In this document: positions 7,420-17,421 of the stretch, piece after piece | Position numbering within the stretch: position 1 is the stretch's first letter | Layout of the letters: every line of letters starts with the position of its first letter | Virus record (IMG/VR): IMGVR_UViG_3300032216_000330 | Location: 1-29,984 of that record | Length of the DNA: 29,984 nt | Origin: a virus | Taxonomy: Duplodnaviria > Caudoviricetes | Strand: one strand, 5' to 3' | Made by a program: the position numbers and the translations under genes | Notes under the pieces: generated by a model | Told to the model about the DNA's origin: nothing | Seen by the model: only the letters and a program-made list of their open reading frames with translations | Databases searched by the model: none

Positions 7420-8178
7420 TTATTGTTTACCTAATAATATTTTTTGTTGGTCAGGACCAAGACTATCAAACCATTTTTTAAATGTAGCCTTATCCATACT
7501 CTGTACTGTTGCTGCATCATAATTACTACCACCTGTCATTGGAGCACCAAACCCATAAGTTTGGTCCATATTCCCTAATTTAGAATATTGGTCATTACTA
7601 AATGACTTTCCTGCAATTTTTTGTTGTTTTGCGTTTTGACTATACAAATTAGCAGCAGTAATACCTTGTCCAACTGCACTGACAGCACTATTGACAGCAG
7701 CCGTAGTAGCTGCTGCCTTAGCTTCCTGAGCATCACGAGCCGCCTTCTGAGCACCTTCTGCCTGTGATAAATCAATCTGCGTATTAACATCTCTCAATCG
7801 TGAATCCTCCGTAGCACTTAACTTTTCAAGGTCAGTTAACTCCTGACCATAAGCTGTTGCTATCTGACGTTGATTGTCCGTATCAGCCATCATTATTCTT
7901 CCTGCTGTAGCTGCCGTTCCACGCTCACTCTCTTGACCTGCTTGAATAGCTTGTGCTGCTGCTACGTTAGCAGCTTCAATAGCTAACTCATACGGTTCTT
8001 TCTTAACCGATAGTTTATCGTAAAAATTAACATCAAGTTTTGCACGAGCATCTGCGATTGCCTTTGCTGCCTCTGCCTCTGCTTGTTTTTGCATCCTTGA
8101 TTGTTTGGCTGCTTGTGATGCCGACATCCCTGCCGAAACTAAAGTAGAGCCTATTGCTACTGCTGTTGCTACTCCCAT
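7420..8178 (-). CDS. Putative small ejection (pilot) protein (252 aa)
   Basis: Hydrophobic Ala/Gly/Ser N-terminus (MGVATAVAIGSTLVSAGMSA), Ala/Gln coiled coil and a second Ala/Gly segment. The architecture resembles T7 gp14 / P22 gp7. Confidence 0.7.
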   Translation of the reverse strand: MGVATAVAIGSTLVSAGMSASQAAKQSRMQKQAEAEAAKAIADARAKLDVNFYDKLSVKKEPYELAIEAANVAAAQAIQAGQESERGTAATAGRIMMADTDNQRQIATAYGQELTDLEKLSATEDSRLRDVNTQIDLSQAEGAQKAARDAQEAKAAATTAAVNSAVSAVGQGITAANLYSQNAKQQKIAGKSFSNDQYSKLGNMDQTYGFGAPMTGGSNYDAATVQSMDKATFKKWFDSLGPDQQKILLGKQ

Positions 8179-8179
8179 A

Positions 8180-8590
8180 CTATAATATTTTTATCATCTC
8201 ACTCGTATATGAATCGCCTTTGATATATCCGATTTCTTCATACACTTTAATAAGATGTTGGTTTTTAATTAATGCGTAAATATACTTACTTCCTGATGAG
8301 ATAGAAACATTGGTTAACGATTGAATTAATAATCGTAATGCCAATCGTCTTCCCTCTCTATCAGTATAATTTCTGTTTGAAATAATCCAATCTACCCACG
8401 TTGCTTTTGAATTAGTTGCGTAAACAAACCCTGCACATACAGGAGTTTCCTCATCGTAAACAATAAAACCTCCTGTCCCATTATCAGGTAAAAAATCCTT
8501 CTGTGGAGGTGTCCACTTCCAATCGTGCCACCATCCAACAAGGATGTCATCGTAATCGTTTTCAGTAAGTCGTTTTATTGTTAAATCCAT
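8180..8590 (-). CDS. GNAT-fold protein, positional analogue of T7 gp13 / P22 gp14 (136 aa)
   Basis: LTIKRLTENDYD start, GFIVYDEETPVCAGFVY hairpin and LIKVYEEIGY motif B. It lies between the nozzle genes and the ejection genes. Confidence 0.7.
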   Translation of the reverse strand: MDLTIKRLTENDYDDILVGWWHDWKWTPPQKDFLPDNGTGGFIVYDEETPVCAGFVYATNSKATWVDWIISNRNYTDREGRRLALRLLIQSLTNVSISSGSKYIYALIKNQHLIKVYEEIGYIKGDSYTSEMIKIL

Positions 8591-8592
8591 CC

Positions 8593-8604
8593 TTACAAAT
8601 ATAT
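8593..8604 (-). promoter_or_regulatory. Bacteroidota -7 promoter element (ATATATTTGTAA) upstream of the GNAT/ejection genes
   Basis: TAnnTTTG match at 8596-8603 in a 21-nt intergenic gap, 5 nt before the ATG. The same 12-mer occurs at 17350-17361. Confidence 0.65.
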
Positions 8605-8611
8605 TAAAATT

Positions 8612-9412
8612 CTACGGATAACTTTTCATTACCTCTGACTCAAATTGGAACAGCTCCACTTTATTGGTATTGGTATTTTCAAGAGTGAATACGCAGTAAT
8701 GTCCTAACACTCCGTGCGACTCAGCCACCGAGTTCTTCATATACAGGAAGTATGGTGTCTGACCAAGTATTGGCGATGTGCCCGGTATAGCAGTATTTAT
8801 AATAATTTGATTTAATCCACCTGCATAAAAAGTGCTATGATAAATAGCTGTAATTTTTCCTGCTAATATTGGAGCATTATAGTTGGGAGGTATGGCAAAA
8901 TAAAGGTAATCGCCTACACTCATAATAGTCCCTAAAGATATAGTTGCAGGGAAATCAATTCTCGTAAAAGGACCTCCTATATAAACAACCGAGCTTCTTC
9001 CTATGCCACCTAATGAACGTAAAGCATACTCCGATGGATTGGCAGGAGTAGTTCCCGAATTGCGAACAAATGCAAAGTAAACCTGCTCCTTCTTATCATA
9101 CCAAGAAGCCTCTACATATCCCGAATCTTGGATATCAGTTGTAAGCGTTGCTCCCCAAACATCATCTCCTTGAATATCAACCGTCTTGAATAATTTGTTC
9201 TCAAGAGGAGCATCATTAAACACACTCTGAACTAATGAGTTATACTGAACGCCATAGAAGTTATTCCTTGCCGTATTGGCATTGTGTCTATAAAGATTTC
9301 CTCCTTTAAAACTATAGAAGTAATTATTCATTCCAATCATCCAATCGGGAATGTAAGAGTAAAAGGATACCCATCCTTGTACTGTTTCGCTGTATGTTAG
9401 TGTGTATTCCAT
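8612..9412 (-). CDS. Tail structural protein resembling the C-terminal part of nozzle/stabilization proteins (266 aa)
   Basis: TLTYSETVQGWVSFYSYIPDWMIGMNNYFYSFKGGNLYRHN, K.FKT..I.G, KKE..YFAFVR and terminal KVELF...SEV..S motifs. TAATG coupling to the upstream gene. Confidence 0.65.
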   Translation of the reverse strand: MEYTLTYSETVQGWVSFYSYIPDWMIGMNNYFYSFKGGNLYRHNANTARNNFYGVQYNSLVQSVFNDAPLENKLFKTVDIQGDDVWGATLTTDIQDSGYVEASWYDKKEQVYFAFVRNSGTTPANPSEYALRSLGGIGRSSVVYIGGPFTRIDFPATISLGTIMSVGDYLYFAIPPNYNAPILAGKITAIYHSTFYAGGLNQIIINTAIPGTSPILGQTPYFLYMKNSVAESHGVLGHYCVFTLENTNTNKVELFQFESEVMKSYP

Positions 9413-10749
9413 TATATCAATGTAACGTATCCGTAAATATTACAATCTGCATCTAAATTAAAATCAACATCTAAATACTCATAGATTCCTGATGTTGGTG
9501 TTAGTATCTTATAAGCAATAACAACACCATCCTTTTCAATAACCATCTTTACTTGATTACAAGGAGTATATACTTCAAACCAATACATTCTTAATTGAAC
9601 GTGTGTTGTACCTGCTGCTATATGTGCAGTTCCTACGTGTGGTGCATTTTGATTAACATAAGTGGTAGGAGGTTGAGATATTTGAATCCTTAAATTAGGA
9701 ACATTAGCACTACAAGCACCTGCAATAGCATTTTGTACTTGATAATCAATATTCCATTCTATTACTGATGGACAAGTTCCAAATGAAACAATAACGCCAT
9801 CCTGAACTTCAAGCCAATTTTGAGGTGTTCCAAATGGAGGAGGTGCTGTTGGTGGTACTCGTGGAGAACGATAAAATCCATTTTCTAATGGATACTGACC
9901 ATTAAAATCTGAATAAACTAAATCATATAATCCTAATTTACCACTTGGACTTGCGTTTACTGTACCTCTTACATCAGCTACATAATATGTTTGTTCAGCA
10001 ACTGCCATACAAGTTTCAATTCCTGTTGGGAAAACAGTTGTTGATGAAAACGATGCAAGTTTAGTAGGACAATTAATTGTAATGTTAAAATTATTAGGAG
10101 AACAAAGCAGTCTTCCTTGAAAATAAATACTTGATGGTAGTGGCGATAACTTTGGTATAACCATAACACATTTTAATGGACTTCCTGTCGTTAATTGAAG
10201 TTGAGGTCCATAAGCAATAACAGATACTGTTGCACCTGTATTATCAAAAGTATTAGTAACAGCATTGTATTCATACTTAGGAAGAGGTTGAAATGCTGCT
10301 GTTATACCACAATCGTGTGCCACATCTCCAATATAAATAACTTGATTTGCTCCAACAGGACCTTGTAATAATCCAAAAGCTGCTGAACTTACAGTATTAT
10401 ATTGCACTCCATCATATTCAATATAAAATCCTAATGGTGCAGCATTTCCTATAAATGTTATATTTACAACAATAGCTCCTATATCAAATGAAGTGCCTCC
10501 TACTTGTTGATTCATTTCAAGGAATGATTTTCCATTGGTTACATTTATTGGTGTTGAGCTGCAATTAGCTTCACACGGAGCACACGATGATATAACATCT
10601 GTAAATGCTCCTCCTGCCATTTCTCTTATCGTTACTCCATCTGAATAAAATCCATCAGGAGCTACATTTTTTAAATCTGAATCTGTATAAGCTGCCGTCG
10701 CTGCTGTTAGCGACGGTCCGTTTAAATAATATGTTCCTAATGTTGCCAT
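9412..10749 (-). CDS. Beta-rich, Cys-containing tail appendage/structural protein (445 aa)
   Basis: Thr/Gly/Pro/Asn-rich. Two related modules (AYTDSDL..APDGFYSD; VYSDFNG..LENGFYRS), each ending in Cys. It lies in the tail cluster. Confidence 0.6.
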   Translation of the reverse strand: MATLGTYYLNGPSLTAATAAYTDSDLKNVAPDGFYSDGVTIREMAGGAFTDVISSCAPCEANCSSTPINVTNGKSFLEMNQQVGGTSFDIGAIVVNITFIGNAAPLGFYIEYDGVQYNTVSSAAFGLLQGPVGANQVIYIGDVAHDCGITAAFQPLPKYEYNAVTNTFDNTGATVSVIAYGPQLQLTTGSPLKCVMVIPKLSPLPSSIYFQGRLLCSPNNFNITINCPTKLASFSSTTVFPTGIETCMAVAEQTYYVADVRGTVNASPSGKLGLYDLVYSDFNGQYPLENGFYRSPRVPPTAPPPFGTPQNWLEVQDGVIVSFGTCPSVIEWNIDYQVQNAIAGACSANVPNLRIQISQPPTTYVNQNAPHVGTAHIAAGTTHVQLRMYWFEVYTPCNQVKMVIEKDGVVIAYKILTPTSGIYEYLDVDFNLDADCNIYGYVTLI

Positions 10750-10764
10750 TTTAAAATTTGATTT

Positions 10765-13700
10765 TTAACAACTACACTCGTTGTATATTGTAATATCTGC
10801 TGTTCCTGATAGCACTGTTGGGAAGTATGCTTTATCGCAACATATAATTGCTGTTCTATTAGGCTCAACAGTTATTGTTATTGGATTCTTTGCATTACAT
10901 TCCACATATTGAACTTCTACATAAGGTGCTTGTGCATTTGATATGATATATGAATTACACTTACTATCTCCACAATTACTACAACCACAACATACTTCAA
11001 ATCCACTTGTTCCAAAACATAAATCTGTTGCTACTCTATCTCTTAAATCCCATATCAAATATAGGTATTGTTGGATAGGAGGAACTATAAATGTAGCATC
11101 ATTATATGTTGGTAATGTAGTATTTGTGATGGCATTAATTGCTAATGATAATAATGTAGTTATCTCAGCAGTATTATTATTATAAAGCGTATTGCTCATT
11201 AAGTATTTAAAACCATCTTGTAATGGGTCAAATACAAATGTATCAGAAGCAAACTGATTGCTTATTAAATACATTGTGCTGCCTTCTTGAGGGAATCCTC
11301 CTGTACCTACATTTCCTGTTACTGAGTTATATCTTGATATAACAAAGTTAGATGTATCTGTTCCAAATGTAACAAACGCTGACTGCAAAGGAGAGTTATA
11401 AGTTCCTTTTGTATAGCGATACTGAGTATGCAATGTTTTTCCTGACTCATAATTATTAGTCACAACAACTTCGATGATAGTAAGAGGAATAGCTTCAACG
11501 CAAGATACATTAATGTCTAACAATAAAGCATCAGAAGCAATTACTTCAATCTGTATAGTCTGAACATTATTTACATCTTTTGGAATCACAAGCGTTCCTG
11601 CTGATATAACAAACCCTGTCGAGTAAGTCGTTCCATTATAAGTTGCGTTAATTTCAAAATCATTTGCAATAGAAGGACTATAAGTAATTGTTACATTTCC
11701 GACTGCTAATCCTTCAGTAACGCAGAATGAACTTGTCCCTGCTGCTTCAAATGTAAATGTCTGAGCAACACCACAACCTATACATTCAACAGGTTGAGGT
11801 ATTTTTATATCATTTGATGATAATACATACTCATTCATATACGGGTCAAACGCTCCGAGTTTTTGCGTTTGAAAAGAGTTCTTGAATAAATCTCTAAACC
11901 AAGTTCGCATACCACTTTCTGATACAACCTTTAATTGGTCATTAGAATATGAATCTCCTTTCATTTGAATTACCGCTCCACGCTTGGCATCCGTAAAGTA
12001 TCTGTCATATCCCCAATGAACATAACTTTCAGGATTGAAAGAGATGCCATACTTTTCTGTCCTTGCTATCTGCGTTCCTAATACTTCAGGAACGGAAGAT
12101 ATAGCTCCACCTGCTGCTGAGTCGGATAGTAAATTCTTACCTGCTAATACATAAGAAATTTTATCTTCTTGTAGTGTAAGCACGTCTGTTTGTCTTCCAT
12201 CTAAAATATAAATAGGACCAAATGATGACTCGCAATGCTTATAGTTAATAAGTCCTAAGTTAAACTCATTAAGTTTATTTACGTTGGATTCATTGTTATA
12301 GATACCACTATAAGTAATATCAGAGAATCTATCTACCTCTTGGTAATTCTGAGCAGCTACTGATGTTACTCTATTCCCAAGTTCAAGTGTTCTTCCAATT
12401 ATTGAATCACGGATTTTATAAGACTCAGCACCATTCCCAAAAGTATAGCAGTTAAAGAATCCCGTATCAACAATAGCAGGAGTTCCTGAGGTAAAGTCTT
12501 GGTCTTGAATATTTCCTCCGTGAGCACCCGGCTGCAATGAAGGGTAATTAGGATTTGGACCAATAGGTAGCGAAAGTTCATTTTCATAAAATACATCAGG
12601 TAAAGCGTCAATAGGTAAGGTTTCAAATATTAATGTACTTGTAGCCCTATAAACTTTAATATCAACAGCTATATTAGCTATCCTTCCTTGTCTAAATCCA
12701 CCGGGACAACTTGTTCCTCCTGTTACTTGAAATCTTAAATTATTATTAGTTGTATCTCTTGCAAACTGTAAATAATTTGATACTGATATTACAGGAATAC
12801 CCGTTGTTACTAAAGCGTCATTATATGTTATAGAAGGAGGCGTTTGACCATTCCCGGCATAAGCACTTGCATTTGCTGCTGCTTGTATTATTTGAAATAT
12901 ATTCTCCCCATAAAACCAATCATACATATTTGCATAATTAGCAGGAGATGTAAAATCTTGACTAAATGTCCATCCTCTTTTTTCACATAATGAATCGCCA
13001 TCACCTGTACCGGGTCTTTCTGATTTTATGTATATCTTAATAATTGTTCCTTCAGGAACAGTATAATCAATATATGCTGAAGTTGTAGAATCATAAATAT
13101 TCATAGGATAATTTACCTGAGCAGGATAGCTGTCTTGCTTACTTGCATCATCATCAATATATCCCGGCAATACTTTTGAATTTGAATCATTGCTAACAGC
13201 AAAATCATTAGCGTTCATCTTCATATACACTCCGGCAGGTGCTGTAGTAAAACCTAAAAAGTTTGCTCCTTTTGCTTCCTTCTCTAATACCGTTGCGTAA
13301 GAGCAAGTATTTTTAGGACCTGTTGCATCAGCCTTTACAATATATCTATCTCCTACTTCTACCTTTCTTGCATTTTCTCCTTCTAATAAAAGGTAAACTG
13401 AATTTGTAAGTTGGTCTTGAAAGTAAATATCGCTATAAATAGTTTCATACCCTGCTTTGTCAGGCTTAATAACAAACTTATATCTTGTTGCCCAAGCAGG
13501 AGCTACCTGTGTTGGTGGTATAACAACTTGAATAGAGTTTTGTAAGTCAGATGTTCCACAAGGAAAGTGAATAGTATTACGAGGACTTACCAATGCTGTT
13601 GTTGAACGATTAAACTCATCCATATATACAATCCCAATCTCATAATCACGATTGCTATGTAAACTCTTTCTATTACCACGTTCTTGATAAGTAACCTCAC

Positions 13701-15378
13701 TATTTACAAACTCATAGTATTCATAAGCTGTTACAGCAGGAGAAGCAATGCTATCAACAAATTGCATTGCTAATAATTGAATTTTAAAAATAGGACTACC
13801 TGATGTTGCTGTAACACTTATTGGCTGTCCTGCTAAACTAATACCACTTGCTGTTTTAGTATAGTTATTTAATTGATTAGGTATATTACAATTAAAAGCA
13901 TCTGTAAAAGTTGTTCCATCACAAGGAGTTCCTGTTACAGGTTGTATATTTAAAGTAGTACCTACTCTACTTTGAAATTCCACACTTGTTACCATATCAT
14001 ATACCGAAGCATAATTTGTTGGCAACTCAAAAAATAATGATAAAGTTACATTTGATGTAGTCGCTGTTGGATATGTTCCTCCTGAAAAAGCAGCGTGATT
14101 AAAAGTAAAATCAATACTAAGCAATCCACCTTGAACTAAAACAGCTCCTGTCAAATCAACCTCAAGTATAGAGTTGCCTATAGAAATAGGTCCATTTATA
14201 CTATAATTTCCCGGTGTTGCAGATGCTTCAGAATTATAACTTGCTATTCCTATCTCTTCTGATACTCCATTCACAACATACTCCATCATAGTTAAATTAC
14301 CATCCCTATCAATCAAATCATATCCCTCAACATAATTACCATACATCAAGCGATTGCCCATAATAGTTTGAGCCTTTGCTTTTAACGGTACGTTATCATA
14401 AAGCCTTAATAACTCGGACTCAGGAAGGATAGTAAATATCTTGCTATTTGAAAATGTATAACTGTAATTAGTATTATCTGCTAAAGCTAAATCTTTTTTG
14501 TTAACCTTTTCAATAACCTTAATCACATTACTATTCATATCCTTAAATAATAAGTCGATTGATTTTACAAGTGGTCCTCCTGTGTTTATTGTTACAATAG
14601 CAGCATTAAACTCATTAACCATACCTTCATTTAAAAAGGCATCATTAGTAACATCAAACTGTTGAGGGAAAAATGCAGCAGCAGAAAATTGAGAGATAGC
14701 AGAATATTGATTATCTGCATATTCATATCTATAAGCAAAACAAATAAATCTATCTTCAAGATAGTTCTCTTGACCTCCAATAATAGTTAGTTCTATATCA
14801 GGAGATTCAGTAGGTGGTTTCTTAATAACAAGAATAGATTCCCATAACAATGAATCATCAACACCTGCTATTGGCAAAGCATAATTATTTATTATGTTTA
14901 TAAATCGTGGTTGATTGTAATCATCAGTAAAGAATAATAAGTTATCTATTAAGTTAACTCCTGTAATTAAAAACTGAGGATTAAAGTTTAATGTTGTATT
15001 GATACCACCACCATCATTAACACTAATAACGTGATACGTTAATATGTTTGTTGTTTCATCAAAAGAAACAATCATATCAATTTTTCCGGTAGGCGAAGAT
15101 GGATAGTTTGGGTCGTGAACAAACCAATAAATAGTTTCTTTCTCTCCATCAGCAATAGAACCAATCGTTCTTGCATCACTACTAAGAGGAACACCTTCAA
15201 ACTGTAAAGCAGTTAGTGAAATATTGCCTTTTGTATTTTCAATAACACCAATCTCCGACTGCTCAGTAGAACCCATACGGATATTGAGTGCATCAATATA
15301 TTCTCCTTGAGGAACTAATCGTTCATCAAGAACTTTATTCATTCTACCTGCCGTAAAATTCCTTGATATTTTAGCCAT
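10765..15378 (-). CDS. Tail nozzle/muzzle (stabilization) protein (1537 aa)
   Basis: F.AGRMNK.LDERLVP.GEY.DALN start, ITGVNLIDNLLFFTD..NQPR.IN propeller blades, FAYRY.Y.D..YS..S.FS, RLYDNVP.KAKAQ...GNRLMYGNY and YGIS.NPES..YFTD.KRGAV motifs, typical of crAss-related stabilization proteins. Confidence 0.8.
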   Translation of the reverse strand: MAKISRNFTAGRMNKVLDERLVPQGEYIDALNIRMGSTEQSEIGVIENTKGNISLTALQFEGVPLSSDARTIGSIADGEKETIYWFVHDPNYPSSPTGKIDMIVSFDETTNILTYHVISVNDGGGINTTLNFNPQFLITGVNLIDNLLFFTDDYNQPRFINIINNYALPIAGVDDSLLWESILVIKKPPTESPDIELTIIGGQENYLEDRFICFAYRYEYADNQYSAISQFSAAAFFPQQFDVTNDAFLNEGMVNEFNAAIVTINTGGPLVKSIDLLFKDMNSNVIKVIEKVNKKDLALADNTNYSYTFSNSKIFTILPESELLRLYDNVPLKAKAQTIMGNRLMYGNYVEGYDLIDRDGNLTMMEYVVNGVSEEIGIASYNSEASATPGNYSINGPISIGNSILEVDLTGAVLVQGGLLSIDFTFNHAAFSGGTYPTATTSNVTLSLFFELPTNYASVYDMVTSVEFQSRVGTTLNIQPVTGTPCDGTTFTDAFNCNIPNQLNNYTKTASGISLAGQPISVTATSGSPIFKIQLLAMQFVDSIASPAVTAYEYYEFVNSEVTYQERGNRKSLHSNRDYEIGIVYMDEFNRSTTALVSPRNTIHFPCGTSDLQNSIQVVIPPTQVAPAWATRYKFVIKPDKAGYETIYSDIYFQDQLTNSVYLLLEGENARKVEVGDRYIVKADATGPKNTCSYATVLEKEAKGANFLGFTTAPAGVYMKMNANDFAVSNDSNSKVLPGYIDDDASKQDSYPAQVNYPMNIYDSTTSAYIDYTVPEGTIIKIYIKSERPGTGDGDSLCEKRGWTFSQDFTSPANYANMYDWFYGENIFQIIQAAANASAYAGNGQTPPSITYNDALVTTGIPVISVSNYLQFARDTTNNNLRFQVTGGTSCPGGFRQGRIANIAVDIKVYRATSTLIFETLPIDALPDVFYENELSLPIGPNPNYPSLQPGAHGGNIQDQDFTSGTPAIVDTGFFNCYTFGNGAESYKIRDSIIGRTLELGNRVTSVAAQNYQEVDRFSDITYSGIYNNESNVNKLNEFNLGLINYKHCESSFGPIYILDGRQTDVLTLQEDKISYVLAGKNLLSDSAAGGAISSVPEVLGTQIARTEKYGISFNPESYVHWGYDRYFTDAKRGAVIQMKGDSYSNDQLKVVSESGMRTWFRDLFKNSFQTQKLGAFDPYMNEYVLSSNDIKIPQPVECIGCGVAQTFTFEAAGTSSFCVTEGLAVGNVTITYSPSIANDFEINATYNGTTYSTGFVISAGTLVIPKDVNNVQTIQIEVIASDALLLDINVSCVEAIPLTIIEVVVTNNYESGKTLHTQYRYTKGTYNSPLQSAFVTFGTDTSNFVISRYNSVTGNVGTGGFPQEGSTMYLISNQFASDTFVFDPLQDGFKYLMSNTLYNNNTAEITTLLSLAINAITNTTLPTYNDATFIVPPIQQYLYLIWDLRDRVATDLCFGTSGFEVCCGCSNCGDSKCNSYIISNAQAPYVEVQYVECNAKNPITITVEPNRTAIICCDKAYFPTVLSGTADITIYNECSC

Positions 15379-15379
15379 A

Positions 15380-16303
15380 TTATTTTATCATCTTGTCCAT
15401 ACCACGAAGATTCATTAATAGTCTTCCCGGATGTATGTTACTGATTCTGATTTTAGCGTTTCTTAATAAAGCAGTCTTTTCTTTTCTTGCTCTTCCAATA
15501 ATGTATTCTTGAACTCCTAACTTAGCATTTAGTATTTCATATTGAATGTAAGCATAGATGTATTTCTCAAATAATTTATTGACAGAAACCATTGAGTCGT
15601 CTCCATTCTCCATACCATCAGATATGTATTCAAGGATACAACTCTTCTCTGCCATATCAGAACTGAAGTTAATAACTCCTGCTTTCTTATCAATGTTGAA
15701 TGTAGGATTGAAGTTAGCCGTTTCTGTATTCAAACCATATCGCTGACCTACGTTGAAATCAAAATACCATCTACCATCCATATACCATCCATAGCTACCA
15801 TAAAATTGGCTGCCGGGATTTAAGTAAATACTCTTCTTTAAATTGTGAAGTCTATCGTAATCAATCTCTGAGTTCTGCGGCTGTAATATATTCCCATTTT
15901 GGTCAAACAAAATATTACCTGCGTGGTCCTGAAGATATGCTTTTGATGATAACGTCTGAATATTTTCGCTCAATGGTCTTAGGTATCCATTCTCATAAAG
16001 AGAGATGCGAACCCAATTCACAAAGTCGCTTGGCAATACAAAACGTAATGACGCTGCTACCGTTAACTCTAATACTTTTATCTCTTTGAACGCATCGTAG
16101 TTTAATTCTTGAATAGCTCTCTTAGCGTGGAATAATACTTTGTAACGCTCTTCATTGTTTACCAATGAATGATTTCCTGCGTACATCAACATAAAGTTGT
16201 TGACGATATCAAACAGACTTACATATTGGTAAGAACCCCAATTTGCATCTTGGGGATTATTACCATTATTGTCATAATATTCGTATTGTGATATGTATGC
16301 CAT
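15380..16303 (-). CDS. Tail ring/tubular (adaptor) protein (307 aa)
   Basis: VLFHAKRAIQELNYD helix, LPSDFVNWVRI, GVINFSS..ILEYISDG and C-terminal helices. It lies just upstream of the nozzle. Confidence 0.7.
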   Translation of the reverse strand: MAYISQYEYYDNNGNNPQDANWGSYQYVSLFDIVNNFMLMYAGNHSLVNNEERYKVLFHAKRAIQELNYDAFKEIKVLELTVAASLRFVLPSDFVNWVRISLYENGYLRPLSENIQTLSSKAYLQDHAGNILFDQNGNILQPQNSEIDYDRLHNLKKSIYLNPGSQFYGSYGWYMDGRWYFDFNVGQRYGLNTETANFNPTFNIDKKAGVINFSSDMAEKSCILEYISDGMENGDDSMVSVNKLFEKYIYAYIQYEILNAKLGVQEYIIGRARKEKTALLRNAKIRISNIHPGRLLMNLRGMDKMIK

Positions 16304-16315
16304 TGATTATATTTT

Positions 16316-17338
16316 TTATTGTTGCTGACTGAATGTTGGTTGTTCGTGTTGCTCTTGAGCCATACCAAACTGCGTAACTTCTTGCTCTCTGATTGATATA
16401 CCACAATATTGTAATATCTTCATTACTAACTTATATTCGTCTTCTCCTTGAATTTCAAAGTCTTGATAATCGGGTTGCGATTGGTCAAACGAAGGCTCTC
16501 CATTAAACAATGTAATATATGTCCACTTTGGGTCTTTAGGAAATCTAAAATAATTTGCTTGAACTTGACCAAACGTGTTTATAGTAGAAGGATATAATGT
16601 TAATATATTAGGTACTGTATAAGGAGAACCTGTTGAAGGAAAAGAGTTATATACATAAGCAGGATACATTGTTGATGGTGCTGTTAAGTTAGACCTGTTC
16701 AACATAAATATTTTATCTGCTAATACTTTCTCTGCATTATAGGATTGCTTTCCTGAGAATACACCATAACCATCTCCTGCTGCTCCAAATGCAGGACCTT
16801 CTAATAAAATAGTATTTGCATTTATAACAGACAATACATTTGTAACAACATTTGTTGTAGTATTTGAAACTACATCACCGGGCTGTACTCCTAATGTTAT
16901 AAAGTTTACATTACTATCTATTAGTTTATTAAGATTAAAAGCATCAAAATTTGTATTAGTTCCTGTTACAATAGTTACAGGATATGTAATGATGTCATTA
17001 ATCATATAAGCATCATCACCTGTAGTATAAAAACTTGGTACGTAAAAGCTATTATTATTATAAGAATTATTTAATGCACCTCCTATGGCTTTCCATAGAT
17101 AAGCATTAGTCAAAAATGTTTCAAGATTCTCAGCTACTTTTTTTCCTATTGCTGCATAGCCCGTTCCTGACTGACGAGCGTTCTCCATATTAATGGATTT
17201 GTTAAACTGACTAAAATACTCGTCAAACAACTCCATCTGAGCTTGTTTAGCATAAAGATTAAAATCTTGGGGAGAGATGTATCCGTAGTTATTTTTGTTA
17301 AGAACGGCTAATACCGTGTTTCTTACAGCGTTTATCAT
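16316..17338 (-). CDS. Head-tail adaptor/ring protein (~340 aa; start re-assigned to ATG 17338)
   Basis: MINAVRNTVLAVLNKNNYGYISPQDFNLYAKQAQMELF start and Y.R.PKDPKW.Y...DFE....E..LV.KILQYCG end. The track's longer start (17386) lies inside a terminator hairpin and upstream of the promoter element. Confidence 0.75.
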   Translation of the reverse strand: MINAVRNTVLAVLNKNNYGYISPQDFNLYAKQAQMELFDEYFSQFNKSINMENARQSGTGYAAIGKKVAENLETFLTNAYLWKAIGGALNNSYNNNSFYVPSFYTTGDDAYMINDIITYPVTIVTGTNTNFDAFNLNKLIDSNVNFITLGVQPGDVVSNTTTNVVTNVLSVINANTILLEGPAFGAAGDGYGVFSGKQSYNAEKVLADKIFMLNRSNLTAPSTMYPAYVYNSFPSTGSPYTVPNILTLYPSTINTFGQVQANYFRFPKDPKWTYITLFNGEPSFDQSQPDYQDFEIQGEDEYKLVMKILQYCGISIREQEVTQFGMAQEQHEQPTFSQQQ

Positions 17339-17349
17339 CTTAATTGTTT

Positions 17350-17361
17350 TTACAAATATAT
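17350..17361 (-). promoter_or_regulatory. Bacteroidota -7 promoter element (ATATATTTGTAA)
   Basis: TAnnTTTG at 17353-17360, directly after a terminator U-tract and 14 nt before ATG 17338. Confidence 0.7.
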
Positions 17362-17362
17362 G

Positions 17363-17396
17363 AAAAAAAAGAGGGTACAAATGCACCCTCCTTTTT
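17363..17396 (-). terminator. Intrinsic terminator after the 247-aa gene
   Basis: Minus strand: GAGGGTGC-ATTT-GTACCCTC stem (one G-U pair) followed by T8. Confidence 0.85.
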
Positions 17397-17421
17397 CAAT
17401 AGATTATATTTATGTAGATTA

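Noticed and set aside
17339-17386. N-terminal extension MHLYPLFFHIFVKTIK of the adaptor gene
   Set aside because: It overlaps the terminator hairpin and promoter element; ATG 17338 is the better start.
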